Part shown: positions 49,634 through 58,182 of the stretch, in pieces
How positions within the stretch are numbered: position 1 is the first letter of the stretch
Layout of the letters: each line of letters starts with the position of its first letter
Source of the DNA: Candidatus Polarisedimenticolia bacterium
GTDB taxonomy: Bacteria > Acidobacteriota > Polarisedimenticolia > Gp22-AA2
Direction: 5' to 3'
NCBI GenBank assembly: GCA_036005805.1
Contig: DASYQE010000086.1
Location: 14,014 to 78,013, forward strand
DNA length: 64,000 bases
The notes under the pieces: model-generated
Seen by the model: only the letters and a program-made list of their open reading frames with translations
Told to the model about the DNA's origin: nothing
Databases searched by the model: none
Translations under genes and position numbers: made by a program

Positions 49634-50811
49634 GCGGCCTCCCGGTGTCCTGTGGAGTCGGCCTCGCCGAGCAGCTCGTCGTAGATCCCCGTGACGGCTC
49701 CGGTCATGTGTTCCAGGGAGAAGAGCGATCGCGCCCTCGCGCGCCCGGCGGCGGCGAGCGCCGCCGCGAGCCGAGGATCCCGGGCGAGGCGGACGGCCGC
49801 TTCGCCGAGGCGCGCGGCGTCCCGCGGAGGCACCAGCAGACCGCTCCGGCCATCCTCGATCGCTTCGGGGACGCCGCCGACGGCCGCCGCGATGATCGGG
49901 GTTCCCGCGTGCAGCGCTTCGAGAACCGCGCGCGGCAGGGCCTCGTGCCGCGATGGGTGGAGCAGCACGTCGAAAGCGGACAGGAGCGTCGCCGCGTCGT
50001 CGTGACCGCCGGCCAGGTGCACCGCGGGGCCGACCCCGTGCTTCTCGGCGAAGCGCCGCAGCTCGCGTGCCGGGGCCGAGGCTTCGTCCACCGGACCGAC
50101 GAAGACCAGGTGCGCGTCCGGGCGGAGCGTCCGGAGGACGGGAAGCGCCGCCACGGCTTCTTCGATTCCCTTGTCGGCTTCGACGCGCCCCACCACGCCG
50201 GCCACGTAAGCGTCTTGCGGCACGCGCAGGAGGGCGCGCGCCTCGGACCTCGGCCGGCACGCCGGGGGCATGAGGCCGGTCGGGACGACGCGAACCCGCG
50301 GCGAGCTCGAGAGCGCCGCGCTGCGGCGGGCCGCGGCGCGCGACACCGCGACCACCTGGTCCGACAGCGCCAGAAGCGCCGCGTCGGCGAACTCCGACGA
50401 GGGTCGCGAGGCGCGCACGTGCCAGAGGTGAGGCCGATCGAGCAGTCCGGCCGCCGTCCCGGCGTACAGGGCGGTGCGCGGCGAATCGCTGTGGAGCAGG
50501 GCGACGTCGTGCCGGTGCGCCAGCCGCGCCAGCGAGGCCAGGGCGCGCGGCGCCGCGAAGAGCAGGCCCCCCGCGACGGGGGGCAGGGGCAGGAAGGTGG
50601 TCGCGATCCCGGCCCGTGAGCACGCGGCCGCGAGGGGTCCGTCGCCGGGGAGGAGCACCAGCGGCTCGTAGCGGAAGATGGCGTTGGTGCCGGCGGTCCG
50701 ATCGGGCGCGGACCGCAGGGCGTGGGCCAGGTCGAAGAGGCTGCGCTGGCCGCCGCCGAAAAAATCGGCGCGCTCGCTCACGAAGAGGACGACGCGCCGC
50801 TCACGCCGCAC
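49630..50811 (-). CDS. Glycosyltransferase family 4.
   Basis: A 393-aa ORF with GT4 N- and C-terminal domains (HEALPRAVLEALHAGTPIIAAAVGGVPE). Confidence 0.8.
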   Translation of the reverse strand: MRRERRVVLFVSERADFFGGGQRSLFDLAHALRSAPDRTAGTNAIFRYEPLVLLPGDGPLAAACSRAGIATTFLPLPPVAGGLLFAAPRALASLARLAHRHDVALLHSDSPRTALYAGTAAGLLDRPHLWHVRASRPSSEFADAALLALSDQVVAVSRAAARRSAALSSSPRVRVVPTGLMPPACRPRSEARALLRVPQDAYVAGVVGRVEADKGIEEAVAALPVLRTLRPDAHLVFVGPVDEASAPARELRRFAEKHGVGPAVHLAGGHDDAATLLSAFDVLLHPSRHEALPRAVLEALHAGTPIIAAAVGGVPEAIEDGRSGLLVPPRDAARLGEAAVRLARDPRLAAALAAAGRARARSLFSLEHMTGAVTGIYDELLGEADSTGHREAA

Positions 50812-51916
50812 GGGTCACCTGTCCGAGGACGGCTTCGTATTCCGCTTCGACCCGCGTCGTCATGTCGGCGGCGCGGAACTCGCGCGCGACGCGCCGGCGC
50901 CCCGCCTCCCCCCACGCCCGGGCCCGGGCCGGATCGCCGAGCAGGGAGGCGATCGCCGCCGCGAGCGCGGCCGGATCCCCCTCGGGCACGAGCTGTCCGG
51001 TGACGCCGTCCTCGACCACCTCCGGCAGTCCGCCGAGGCGGCTGGCCACGATCGGCAGGCCGGCGTCCATGCCTTCGAGCACCGACAACCCGAGACCTTC
51101 CCGTCCGAGCGACGGCGCCGCCAGCAGCGTGAACGCCGGAAGGAGCGCGCGCGCATCGTGACGCAGCCCGAGCCAGTGGACCCGAGGCGCGATCCCGAGC
51201 TCGCTTGCCAGCGCCTCGAGGGCGGGACGCTCGGGCCCCTCGCCGACGCAGACGAGGGAGGGGCCGTCGGCGGAAGCGCCGAGCGAGGCCACGGCGCGCA
51301 GCAGGACCGCCTGTCCCTTGTGCGGAGCGAGACCGCCGACACACCCGACGATCGGGTCGCGGATCGCGGAGGCGAGCAGGGCGCGCGCCTGGTCCCTGTC
51401 CACGGGCGCAGCGGGGTCGATGCCGTTCCTGATGACGACGGTCCGATCCTCCGGAAGACCGAGATCGTTCCGCGCGTGGCGCGCCACCGCGGCGGAGCAG
51501 CACAGGATCCTCCCGGTGCCTCTGGCCAGCAGCCGTTCGAGGCGGCGATGGCGCGGCCGGAGCGTCGTGTCCGAGGTGTGCAGATGGTGCACGAGGCCCC
51601 GCAGCCCGGCGAGGCGCGCCGCGAGGCGTCCCGCGGTTCCGGCGAAGTGGCCGTGGGTGTGCAGGATGTCGGGCTGCGCCGCCCGCACCGCCCGCGCCAC
51701 CCGCCAGACGCTCCCGGGGTAGTAGTCGCGCAGCGCCAGCCGGCGCACCCGCGCCCCGGCCGCTTCGATCTCGCGCTGCAGGGGACCTCCCGAAACCAGG
51801 GCCAGGACCTCGGTGCGGATGCCGGGCGAGGCGTGGCGCACGAGGGACGCGACCACCTGTTCGAGGCCTCCGAGGCCGAGCGCTTCGACGACGTGCAGCA
51901 CCCGGATCGGTCTCAC
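50801..51916 (-). CDS. Glycosyltransferase family 4.
   Basis: Internal GTG start preceded by the RBS gcaggaggg, giving MRPIRVLHVVEALGLGGLEQ.... The GT4 C-terminal motif is EGLGLSVLEGMDAGLPIVASRLGGLPE. Confidence 0.8.
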   Translation of the reverse strand: MRPIRVLHVVEALGLGGLEQVVASLVRHASPGIRTEVLALVSGGPLQREIEAAGARVRRLALRDYYPGSVWRVARAVRAAQPDILHTHGHFAGTAGRLAARLAGLRGLVHHLHTSDTTLRPRHRRLERLLARGTGRILCCSAAVARHARNDLGLPEDRTVVIRNGIDPAAPVDRDQARALLASAIRDPIVGCVGGLAPHKGQAVLLRAVASLGASADGPSLVCVGEGPERPALEALASELGIAPRVHWLGLRHDARALLPAFTLLAAPSLGREGLGLSVLEGMDAGLPIVASRLGGLPEVVEDGVTGQLVPEGDPAALAAAIASLLGDPARARAWGEAGRRRVAREFRAADMTTRVEAEYEAVLGQVTRAA

Positions 51917-52989
51917 GCCACCCTCCTGCTCCCACGGAACGACTCCACCGGGGAGGACCAGGCGGTCGGAACCGGCAGGGCGAACGCCTCCGCCTCTCCG
52001 AGGAGGACGCGCGCCCGGTCGGCATAGGTGTGCCCGTTCAGGACGGCGCGCCGGCCCGCGGCGGCGATGCGCCGCGCCAGCGACTCGTCGGTGAGCGCGG
52101 TCTCGATCACGGCGCGCAGCTCCTCGCCGCTCGAGAACCCGAGCCAGTGCTCGCCCTCGCGGAAGAGCGCCTGGAGATCGCGGCGGCGGTCGGCGATCTG
52201 CAGCGCGCCGCACGCCGGGATTTCGAAGGCGCGGGTGTTGGCCATCTCGCCCGACACGCTCGCAGGTCCGAGCGCGCCATAGTGGATGTTCAGAACGGCC
52301 GCGGCCTCGCTGTAGAGGCGCCGCCACGCCTCGGGCCGCAGCGCCCCGCCGCGCAGCATCGGGACCAGGTGATCGTCGTGACGCGCCGCCTCCCAGCCCG
52401 GGCCGTAGACGTCCACGGGAAGCCCCCGCAGGTGTCGCAGCAGCACCTGGCGCTCGGGATAGTGGGAGCCTGTGAAGACGATGCGGCGGCCCTGGTCACA
52501 GCGCTGCGGCGGCGGGCCGGCGGGGTGATGCGTCTCCGGATCGCAGGCGAACGGCAGCCACGCCGCGTGACGGTGACCCGCCGCCCGGTGCCGCTCGACG
52601 GCCCAGGAGGACCCGAGGTGGAAGGCGTCATAGGCCGGCGCGGTGCGCATCCCGAGATCGAACTCGGCGGGGAAATCGGAGAACCAGTTGACCACGCGCA
52701 CGCCGGCGTCGCGCAGCCGGAGGATGCCGGCGGGCTCGAGATTCATCCCCTGGTTGACGATGACCAGCGCCGCGCCGTGACGCCGCGCCGCCGCGAGGAA
52801 CGCCCGGTTGAGCCGCGCGCGGTCGAGGCGTTCGAGGAGCGCGACACGGCGGCGCAGTCGTCCCGGCACCAGGAACCGCCGATGGTCGAAGAGGGCCACG
52901 TCGTGGCCAAGACTTCGCAGGGCCGAAGCGAGGTATTCCGGCAGCGCCTCGAAGGCCGGGTTGAAGGCGCGCGACAGGAGCACCTTCAC
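51913..52989 (-). CDS. CgeB-like glycosyltransferase-family protein (DUF3880-like N-terminus plus a GT1-type C-terminus).
   Basis: Internal GTG start MKVLLSRAFNPAFE.... Motifs IVFTGSHYPERQ, VDVYGPGW and NGHTYADRARVLL are present. The listed upstream 506 codons are Arg-rich spurious sequence. Confidence 0.68.
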   Translation of the reverse strand: MKVLLSRAFNPAFEALPEYLASALRSLGHDVALFDHRRFLVPGRLRRRVALLERLDRARLNRAFLAAARRHGAALVIVNQGMNLEPAGILRLRDAGVRVVNWFSDFPAEFDLGMRTAPAYDAFHLGSSWAVERHRAAGHRHAAWLPFACDPETHHPAGPPPQRCDQGRRIVFTGSHYPERQVLLRHLRGLPVDVYGPGWEAARHDDHLVPMLRGGALRPEAWRRLYSEAAAVLNIHYGALGPASVSGEMANTRAFEIPACGALQIADRRRDLQALFREGEHWLGFSSGEELRAVIETALTDESLARRIAAAGRRAVLNGHTYADRARVLLGEAEAFALPVPTAWSSPVESFRGSRRVA

Positions 52990-54575
52990 GGCGTCCCCCG
53001 GCTGGAAGGAGCGGGGCGGCGCACCGCGTCGCGCAGGAGCAGCATGTCGTCGGAGCAGGCGGCCCGACCCCACCAGGCCAGCCCGGCAAAGACCACGCCC
53101 GAAGGCAGCAGACGCAGGACCAGCTCCGCGAAAGCGTCGGCGCGTCCGGCGGCGACCGGCGCCGGCAGGAGCAGCGCCGCGAGCCATCCGACCAGCAGCG
53201 CTCCGAGGCCCGCGGCGAGCGGGGGAGCGGCGGCGCGGGCCGCGTCGACGGTCGTGAGGGCGAGGGAGCGCGAGCGCCGCCCTCCGCACGCGACGAGCCC
53301 GAGGCCGACGAGCGACCCGGTGAGCGTTGCCAGGCCGACGCCGGGTGCGCCGAAGCGCCGCGCCAGCCCGGCCGCCGCAGCGAGCTGGACCAGCGCCCCG
53401 GCCGCGGTCGCCGCCGCTTCGAGCCCGGCGCGCCCGCTGGCGCGCAGGAGCAGCCGCAGGGGGGAGACGACGACCATCGCCGCCACCGCCAGGACGACGA
53501 GACGCGCCGTCGCCACCGTTCCCGCGGGGGCGACGCGCCCGGTCCAGGCGAGGACGAGCAGATCGGGAAACAGCAGGAGCGCGATCACGGGCGGCAGCGC
53601 GAGAAGCGTGACGTAGCGCGTCGACCGGGCCAGCAGATCGCGCAGGCGCCGCAGGTCGTCCCGCACCTCGAGATGTCCCGCGAGCGGCATCAGCACCTTG
53701 AGGGGCAGCGACGCCGCCGTGCCGGCCAGTCCGCCGAGCCGCGCGGCGATCTCGTACGCTCCCGCGGCCGCGAGCCCCGGTCCCGCGACCAGGATGAGCC
53801 GCGGCGCGTGCCCGCCCAGGACCTCGAAGGCGCGCGTGACCTGCACCTGTCCGCCGAAGGCGAGGACGCGCGCGTAGTGATCGCGCGACGCCTGGAAAGG
53901 ACGCACCGCGAGCCCGGCGCAGAGCTTGTGCGCCGCGACCGCCTCCATCAGCGTGACCGAGACCGCCCCGAAGACGGCGGCCATCGCCGGACCGCGCAGG
54001 CCGTACCCGAGGAGCAGGAGCGTCGCCGACAGCAGCCCTTCGCCGATCGCCCCGACGGCGCCGATGCGCGCCAGGAGATCGAGACGCTGCGCCCCGGCGA
54101 CCACGCCGCGATAGGCCGAGAAGGTGCCGCGCAGGAGCACGGTGAGAAGCGTCGCACCCAGCACGAACCCGGACGCGGCCGGGCGCTCCGCGGGGGGGAG
54201 GATGCGATCGAGGAGGGACGGTCCGAGGAAGGCCGCGAGCGTGAGGATCAGCAGCGACACGCCCCCCTGGAAGCCGACGCCGACGGCGAGGGTGGCGTTG
54301 AGATCGCGGTGGTCGCCGCGCGCCAGCGCCTGGGCCGCGAAGCGGCCGTAGGCCGATCCGACCCCGAGATCGAGAAGCCCCGCGGTGTGGGCCACCGACC
54401 AGGCGGCTCCCCACATCCCGAGCCCTTCGATGCCGCAGGTGCGCAGGACGAGGGGCGTCATCAGCAGCGCGACGCAGGCCGAGGCGGCCGCCTCGACGCC
54501 GCTCCACGCCACGCCGCGCGCGGCGGCGCGGCGCTCGCCCGCCCCCGGGGCCGGGATCGACACGCCAGGGCTCAT
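52986..54575 (-). CDS. wzx: Polysaccharide biosynthesis protein/flippase (Wzx-like, MOP superfamily, about 12-14 TM helices).
   Basis: Internal ATG start MSPGVSIPAPG.... The multi-TM profile is typical of O-unit flippases. The listed upstream 271 codons are spurious. Confidence 0.78.
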   Translation of the reverse strand: MSPGVSIPAPGAGERRAAARGVAWSGVEAAASACVALLMTPLVLRTCGIEGLGMWGAAWSVAHTAGLLDLGVGSAYGRFAAQALARGDHRDLNATLAVGVGFQGGVSLLILTLAAFLGPSLLDRILPPAERPAASGFVLGATLLTVLLRGTFSAYRGVVAGAQRLDLLARIGAVGAIGEGLLSATLLLLGYGLRGPAMAAVFGAVSVTLMEAVAAHKLCAGLAVRPFQASRDHYARVLAFGGQVQVTRAFEVLGGHAPRLILVAGPGLAAAGAYEIAARLGGLAGTAASLPLKVLMPLAGHLEVRDDLRRLRDLLARSTRYVTLLALPPVIALLLFPDLLVLAWTGRVAPAGTVATARLVVLAVAAMVVVSPLRLLLRASGRAGLEAAATAAGALVQLAAAAGLARRFGAPGVGLATLTGSLVGLGLVACGGRRSRSLALTTVDAARAAAPPLAAGLGALLVGWLAALLLPAPVAAGRADAFAELVLRLLPSGVVFAGLAWWGRAACSDDMLLLRDAVRRPAPSSRGTP

Positions 54576-55978
54576 GCCGCCACCCGCAGCAGAGGCTTCG
54601 CGTCGGTCTCCCGGGCGGTCCGCTCCAGCTCGAGCGCTGCCGCGGCGAGCGCGGTGAACATCCAGAAGGGCTCCATGATGCGGATGAGCAGGAAGGTGTT
54701 GGTCCCGACGGCGTGGGCGCACAGGCCCGCGAACCCGGCGAGGAGGCCGAGTCCGAGCGCCCGGTGCAGCGGATCGGCCGCCTCCCGCCGCAGCGCCACG
54801 AACAGGCGGCCGCAGCCGGAGAGCAGCGCCAGGAAGCACAGCATCCCGACCGCGCCGATCTCGACCAGGACGCGGAAGTACTGCGCGTCGAGGAAGCCGT
54901 AGCCGGTGACCCCCCAGCCGAGGATGGGGTGGCGCTCGAAGCCGGTGAGCGCCGATTCCCAGGAGTGCAGCCGCGCCGACGACGAGGGGTCGAGGTGCAC
55001 CCGGCCGACCTGGACCGCCTCGGTGCCTTCGGGCGTGAAGGTGTAGCGCAACCGATCCTCGACGCGCGACGGCAGGAGGAGGAAGAGCACCGCCGCGCCG
55101 ACCGCGCCGCAGGCCGCGAGGCGCCCGCGCCGCGGCGACAGGCCCAGCAGCACGGCGAAGGCGGCCAGAAGTCCCAGCCACGAGGAGCGTGACAGCGTCA
55201 GCACCAGCGGCGGGACGGCGAGGAGGGCCAGAACGCCCGCGGCGCGGCGCCACGGCACGGCCGGGGCGTGCAGCGCCAGCGCCGAGGCGATCGCCGTGAT
55301 CAGGACGAGATACCCGCCGAGGGTGTTCGGCTCCCCCTGCCCCCCTTCGAACGGGGCCGAGGGCCGGAGGCCGCGCGGGACCTGCCACCAGGCGTAGACC
55401 ACGATGATCGCCGCCGTCGCGAGCAGCGCCGTGAGGATCCGCCGCAGCCGCTCCGGGGTGCGGACGTGGTTGAGCGTCATGAAGAAGATGAAGAAGTACT
55501 CGACGTACTTGGCGACGTAGCAGAGCCCGACGAGGGGCTTCACGCGTCCGGCCTCGATCCCGAGGAGGGTCGAGCCGAGGCAGCAGGCGACGTACAGCGC
55601 GATGGCGGTGTTGAGGCGCGAGCGGCGGATGGCGCCGAGGTCCTTGTGGATCGCCATGCGCGCCAGCCAGCCGAGGCCGACGAGCAGCAGCACCAGGTCC
55701 TCGGTGCGCAGGATGACGTTGCGCGACGCCTCGAGCCCGCCGCCGGAGCCGGCGGCGCCGAGGGGGATCTCGGGGGACAGGAGCATCGACGCGACCAGGA
55801 TGACGAGCCCCGCCTCGGCATGCGCGAACGCGGCGGCGAACAGCAGCACGGCCGCCGCGGCGAGAAGCGGCTGCGACAGCGGCGCGCGGCCGATGTAGAC
55901 AGCCAGCGGCACCGCCAGCGCCAGGGTGGCGAGCGGCGCCAGCAGCCGGGCGAGCGGGCGGAGGGGCGCGGAGGGCAT
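54572..55978 (-). CDS. wzy: O-antigen ligase/polymerase-family membrane protein (Wzy-like).
   Basis: Internal ATG start MPSAPLRPLARLLAPLATLALAV, preceded by the RBS aggagagg. About 10-12 TM helices with a large periplasmic loop containing HxxxxxxR-type motifs. Confidence 0.72.
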   Translation of the reverse strand: MPSAPLRPLARLLAPLATLALAVPLAVYIGRAPLSQPLLAAAAVLLFAAAFAHAEAGLVILVASMLLSPEIPLGAAGSGGGLEASRNVILRTEDLVLLLVGLGWLARMAIHKDLGAIRRSRLNTAIALYVACCLGSTLLGIEAGRVKPLVGLCYVAKYVEYFFIFFMTLNHVRTPERLRRILTALLATAAIIVVYAWWQVPRGLRPSAPFEGGQGEPNTLGGYLVLITAIASALALHAPAVPWRRAAGVLALLAVPPLVLTLSRSSWLGLLAAFAVLLGLSPRRGRLAACGAVGAAVLFLLLPSRVEDRLRYTFTPEGTEAVQVGRVHLDPSSSARLHSWESALTGFERHPILGWGVTGYGFLDAQYFRVLVEIGAVGMLCFLALLSGCGRLFVALRREAADPLHRALGLGLLAGFAGLCAHAVGTNTFLLIRIMEPFWMFTALAAAALELERTARETDAKPLLRVAA

Positions 55979-55994
55979 CGCGTTCCTCTCCTGT

Positions 55995-58181
55995 CTAGGC
56001 GCTCGAGCCGCGCCTCCCGAAGGCGGCGATCGACGGGGGACCGCTGCGGGCCGCGGCGGCGGGACGCCGCGGCGCGTCGGGAGCGTACGCCGCGTTGAGA
56101 TAGGCCATCTCGGGCGTGTACGAGGAGACCTCCGCACGGACGTCGTTCAGCACGATGCCGCGGATGGTGGCGCGCACCGTGTCGAGGTGCACCTTGGCGC
56201 GCTTCAGCGCCGCGCGGCTGATCCGCCCGAGCTGGTAGACCAGCACCACGCCGTCCACGCGCGTCGACAGGATGGCCGCGTCGGTCACCGGCAGCACCGG
56301 CGGCGCGTCGATCAGGATGACGTCGAAGCGCGAGGCCACTTCCACCACGAAGTCGTTGAACAGCGGCGACGACAGCAGCTCCGAGGGGTTCGGCGGCAGC
56401 GCCCCGGCGGTGAGCACGTGCAGGTTCTCGAGCCCGGCGGAGGTCTGCAGCGCCTTCATGTCGATGCGCCCGAGGAAGACGTCCGAGAAGCGGTGCAGCA
56501 CGTCGTCGAGCCGCGCCATGCCGAGCACGACGTGGGTGAACCCCGGCTCGCGCGCCACGCCGAACATGCGGTTGAGCGTCGGACTCCGGAGATCGCAGTC
56601 CCACACGAGGGTCCGCATCCCCATCTGCGCCATCGCCACGCCGAGGTTGGCGACCGTGGTGGATTTCCCCTCGCCGGGCGAAGCGGAGGTGAACAGGAAC
56701 GTCCGTCCCGCCTTGCCGAGCCGCGAGAACTCCAGGTTGGTCCGCAGCGACCGGAAGGCCTCCGCCACCGGCGACTGCGGCGCGAACTGGGTGACGAGGC
56801 TGGTGAAGCCCTCGAGCCCGGGGTCGGAGGCCAGCGCCGGCTGGCGCTGCACGATGTCCTTGCGCAGGCTGTCGCCGTCCATGTGCGGCACGACGCCGAT
56901 GACCGACAGCCCCAGGTACTGCTCGACGTCCTCGATGCTGCCGATGGAGGTGTCGAGGCTCTCGACGGCGAACGCCGCGACCAGACCGAGCAGCAGCCCG
57001 ACCACGAGGCCGACGAGGGACCGCAGCAGCCGCCCCGGAGCGTGGCGCGCCTCGGCGCGCGTCGCGGTCTCGACGACCGACAGCTCGGTCACCTTGTCCG
57101 CCTCGCGGATGAGCGCCTCCTGGCGCTTGCGGCTGAGCATCTCGTACGCCTCGGCGTTCACCTGCACCTCGCGCTGCAGCTGCAGCAGGCGCTGCTCGGT
57201 GCGCGGGAAGCGGGACAGCTTGTCGTCGAGGAGGGTCTTGCGCGCGTTCGCCAGGTCGAGGGCGGAGCGCGCCTCGCGGCGCAGCCGGTCGTAGAGGCGG
57301 GTGATCTGATCGCCGACCTTCGCCACCTCGGGCGCGTCCGATTTCATGAAGGCCTCGAGCTGGTGGCGGCGGTCCTGGAGCTTGAGGATCTCCTGGCGCA
57401 GCGACTCGAGACCGTCCTCCTGGAGATCGACGAGGAGGAGATCCGGGCTGCCGTCGTCGCCTCCCGCCGACAGGCTCTGCAGCAGGGTCTGGAGCGCGAC
57501 GATGCGCGCCTCGCTCTTGCCCGCCTCGTCCTGGAAGAACTGCACCTCCTTCGCGTCGGGGTTCTTCGCGCCGACGTTCTGCTCCTTGAAGGCGGCGAGC
57601 CGCTCCTCCGCCTCGGAGAGCCGCCGCCCGACCTCGTCCACCTGCGTCTCGACGAACTGGCGTGCGTCGATGGCCTGGCGGTTGCGCTCGAGGGTGTGCA
57701 GGGTGATGTACTCCTGCATGACGGCATTGGCGATGGCGACCGCCTCGTCGGGCGAGCCGCAGGCGGAGCGGATCTCGATGAGGCTGGTGTTCTCGATCGG
57801 CCGCGCCGTGTAGGAGGCGATCACCCCGTCGAGCCGCGCCGACAGCACGCGGTCGGCGAGGACCTCGGGCAGGGCGACGCCGGGATCGATGCGGCCGAGC
57901 CGCTGTGCCGCCTGCAGCGCCACCGGCTTGCTGGCGATGATCTGCGCCTGGGTCGCGAGGTCGTCCCCCGGGCTCCACGAGAAGGTCTCGAGGAACAGTC
58001 CCGCGACGTTGTCGGTGCGGGTCCACTTGACCCGCGCCGCCGCCTCGTAGCTGGTCTGCGCCCGCGGGGTCAGCAGGAGCGTCAGCAGACCCATGAGGAG
58101 GCAGCACCCGGCCACGACGCGCGCGCGCCGCCTCAGGATGCGCAGGTAGTCCTGCAGGTTCAGGTTGTCGCCGGCGCTCAC
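55995..58181 (-). CDS. wzc: Polysaccharide co-polymerase / tyrosine autokinase (Wzc/GumC-like). It has an N-terminal Wzz-type periplasmic coiled-coil domain between two TM helices and a C-terminal CpsD/BY-kinase P-loop ATPase.
   Basis: A 728-aa ORF. Walker A is SASPGEGKSTT, Walker A' is VLIDAPP, and the chain-length-determinant N-terminus is present. Confidence 0.88.
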   Translation of the reverse strand: MSAGDNLNLQDYLRILRRRARVVAGCCLLMGLLTLLLTPRAQTSYEAAARVKWTRTDNVAGLFLETFSWSPGDDLATQAQIIASKPVALQAAQRLGRIDPGVALPEVLADRVLSARLDGVIASYTARPIENTSLIEIRSACGSPDEAVAIANAVMQEYITLHTLERNRQAIDARQFVETQVDEVGRRLSEAEERLAAFKEQNVGAKNPDAKEVQFFQDEAGKSEARIVALQTLLQSLSAGGDDGSPDLLLVDLQEDGLESLRQEILKLQDRRHQLEAFMKSDAPEVAKVGDQITRLYDRLRREARSALDLANARKTLLDDKLSRFPRTEQRLLQLQREVQVNAEAYEMLSRKRQEALIREADKVTELSVVETATRAEARHAPGRLLRSLVGLVVGLLLGLVAAFAVESLDTSIGSIEDVEQYLGLSVIGVVPHMDGDSLRKDIVQRQPALASDPGLEGFTSLVTQFAPQSPVAEAFRSLRTNLEFSRLGKAGRTFLFTSASPGEGKSTTVANLGVAMAQMGMRTLVWDCDLRSPTLNRMFGVAREPGFTHVVLGMARLDDVLHRFSDVFLGRIDMKALQTSAGLENLHVLTAGALPPNPSELLSSPLFNDFVVEVASRFDVILIDAPPVLPVTDAAILSTRVDGVVLVYQLGRISRAALKRAKVHLDTVRATIRGIVLNDVRAEVSSYTPEMAYLNAAYAPDAPRRPAAAARSGPPSIAAFGRRGSSA

Positions 58182-58182
58182 G

